DNA of 64,000 nucleotides, from NCBI RefSeq assembly GCF_947568905.1, contig NC_079164.1, forward strand, positions 108,996,001 through 109,060,000, read 5' to 3'. The notes below the pieces were generated by a model. The model had not been told where the DNA came from and searched no databases. It was given only the letters and a program-made list of their open reading frames with translations. The stretch comes from Ostrea edulis (taxonomy: Eukaryota). Shown one piece after another: positions 61,959 through 64,000 of this stretch. Both the position numbers and the translations under genes were made by a program. Every line of letters begins with the position of its first letter. Position 1 is the stretch's first letter.

Positions 61959-63224
61959 ATTTACGTTTTACTTTCACTTCTGTCGGAATTTTCCCAGCCG
62001 TAAAAATAGTCGTACTATATTTATCAAGATTCATACGCACATAGTTGACATTAATGAGGAAATGGATATCATTTCATTCGGTAAAGATATTGAAGACCAA
62101 AACATTGGAAATGTAAATGTCATGAATATATGAAAATGAACACGAAAACTCCGTCATCTTTTCTTCATCCATATCGCTTGCCCCTTTTTTTCATTTTCGT
62201 ATGAGGTTTATTTAGCGTGATTTTTAATTATCCTACTCTTTGAACTAAATGATATGAATACATATATTCATGAAAGTTTAGAAATAAATACCACAGGTGC
62301 CCGTGCACATGAATATATCCCCCCTCTTTTGTTTTTGGAATTATCAGTTATAGAATAAATGTAACCATTTTCATTTATTTACTATTTTTCTATACACACG
62401 CACCAATAATCGTTAAGAAATGCCATTACTTTGCATCTTTAATATATCTCCAACATCGAAGTCATACTAAACACAAATTATGACCGACGGAGCAGTCTAT
62501 GTTAAACGTCTTAGGTTTGAAGCGGCACCGGGATGAGGCATGTCTTGACCCCAGTTCAAGGTCATTTCGATCGTCGGGATAACACATCTATTCTATGCAT
62601 GTGTAGAGAATTTGAAGATGGTCACACATGATGCAAATGTTTCCCATGACTTTTGTACTTGTCCCAATTTATTGTCAATGTCATTTAGACAACACCAAGG
62701 TCATTTGAAAAAGGGTACAAAATGTATATATGACTTTTATCTAGGTGACTTCATTGAAGCCGTATCTTCGCAATGTTGTAATATCAGATGCCTCACTTTT
62801 AACTTTCACTGTGACCTTGATGTAATGCATGACCCTCGCCCATGCACGGTCAGTTTTAAGGTCAAAGTCACAAGAACTGCACTTTCTTCTGACACGTAAC
62901 TGTGTCACTTATTCCGTGCATCCTGCGACTCCCTAAATCGTACCAGCATGTTGCGTAAAAAAATCAGACTCTTTCTAATCAAGAGAATGATAATATAGGG
63001 ATTATTTACTGAACCAACCACAGTCTAGTAGTCTGGAAGGGATACGAGTGGCGTGTTCGAATTCCTTGATAAAACAAACATTAGCACTACACTGAATATT
63101 AAATAATCTAAAATTAAATTTTTTTTGGTTCTCCACACAGTGTTCTTCACTAGAGCTGTCACGGTTAACCGATATTCATATGTGGGTTGGTTACGAGTTT
63201 CTAGAAGAGAATTCCTATTGTTTT

Positions 63225-63678
63225 TCAGATCAAAAGGTCAAGGGCCAATTTACTCTGGGCATAGGAATATTCGATCCACTCAATATCTTAAGAACCCTTT
63301 GCTTGACAGACATCAAACTTGGTACACTGGTACATCCTAAGGTGTAGATGACCCCTATTGATTTTGAGGTCACATAGGAATATACTGACCACTCAATGTA
63401 TAAAGAACCCTTTGCTTGACAGACATCAAGTTTGGTACACTGGTATCTCTTTAGATGAAGATGACTCCCATTGATTTTGATGTCACATGGTCAAAAGTTA
63501 ATGATTGAACTGGACATAGTGATATATTGTCTCCTATATTTGATGAATTATTTGCTTGATTGACACCAAACTTGGCATACTGGTACAACATAAGGAGTAG
63601 ATGACCCCTATTGATTTTTATGTCACAAGGTCAATCCACTCTTGACATAGGAAGATATTGTCTGCTCAATATTTTGAG
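63225..63678. repeat. Degenerate satellite-like tandem repeats of the Helentron-carried type
   Basis: Recurring ACATCAAACTTGGTACACTGGTA...GATGACCCCTATTGATTTT blocks; followed by a Naiad fragment at about 63679-63878. Confidence 0.7.
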
Positions 63679-64000
63679 GCCAAGAACGGCCTAACAATCG
63701 GTATGAAACACGTTAGACAGCATTTGTTCCAGTGATGGGTTGTATCAGTAGATCATTATACTGACCAAAGAATTTGAGAAATGCTGACTTTAATCGAGAT
63801 TGTTGGAAACCCTGTTACAACTTGTTGTCCGTAGCCTGCCTCGATTTAAAAACTGATCATACGCAGAACAAGCTTGCTACATATAGTTTTATTTATAAAT
63901 ATTATACAATGCAGAATGGAAATTCATATACACATATGTTATAAATTCGAATTATAGAAAAGAAACAAGATACACAAATACCACTTTAACAGATTGAATT

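Noticed and set aside
62550-62870. Cluster of AAGGTCA nuclear-receptor half-sites upstream of gene E
   Set aside because: The motif is a common component of oyster Helentron/satellite repeats nearby, so a repeat origin is more likely

Overview
AT-rich eukaryotic genomic DNA from a bivalve, most likely an oyster (inferred from the SINE, Helentron-like and Penelope-like repeat families). I reconstructed by hand, from splice signals and reading phase, a cluster of six apparently intact small multi-exon genes for secreted low-complexity proteins. Five are strongly Met-rich: A (minus strand, 859 aa), B1 and B2 (recent paralogs, plus strand), C (plus) and E (minus). One, D (minus), is a short orphan secreted protein. 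A decayed Met-rich paralog lies at 14.5-15.0 kb. All intact members have a signal-peptide exon ending in a phase-1 intron; A, B1 and B2 share a 15-nt Lys-ending microexon and Tyr-containing tails, an abductin-like architecture suggesting hinge-ligament or shell-matrix elastomers. The intergenic DNA is dense with about 19 fragments of a Penelope-like (probably Naiad) retroelement, tRNA-derived SINEs, LINE ends, Helentron-like elements, MITEs and minisatellites. Two non-coding highlights stand out. The first is a complete 481-bp TRIM retrotransposon whose LTRs carry a 5S rRNA-derived Pol III promoter (Cassandra/Ajax-like), with a tRNA-Leu PBS, PPT and 4-bp TSD. The second is three copies of a minimal type I hammerhead ribozyme, one intact and one core-mutated inside a sense-strand intron of gene B1. 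Most long ORFs in the supplied track are antisense shadows of repetitive coding DNA or repeat fragments.
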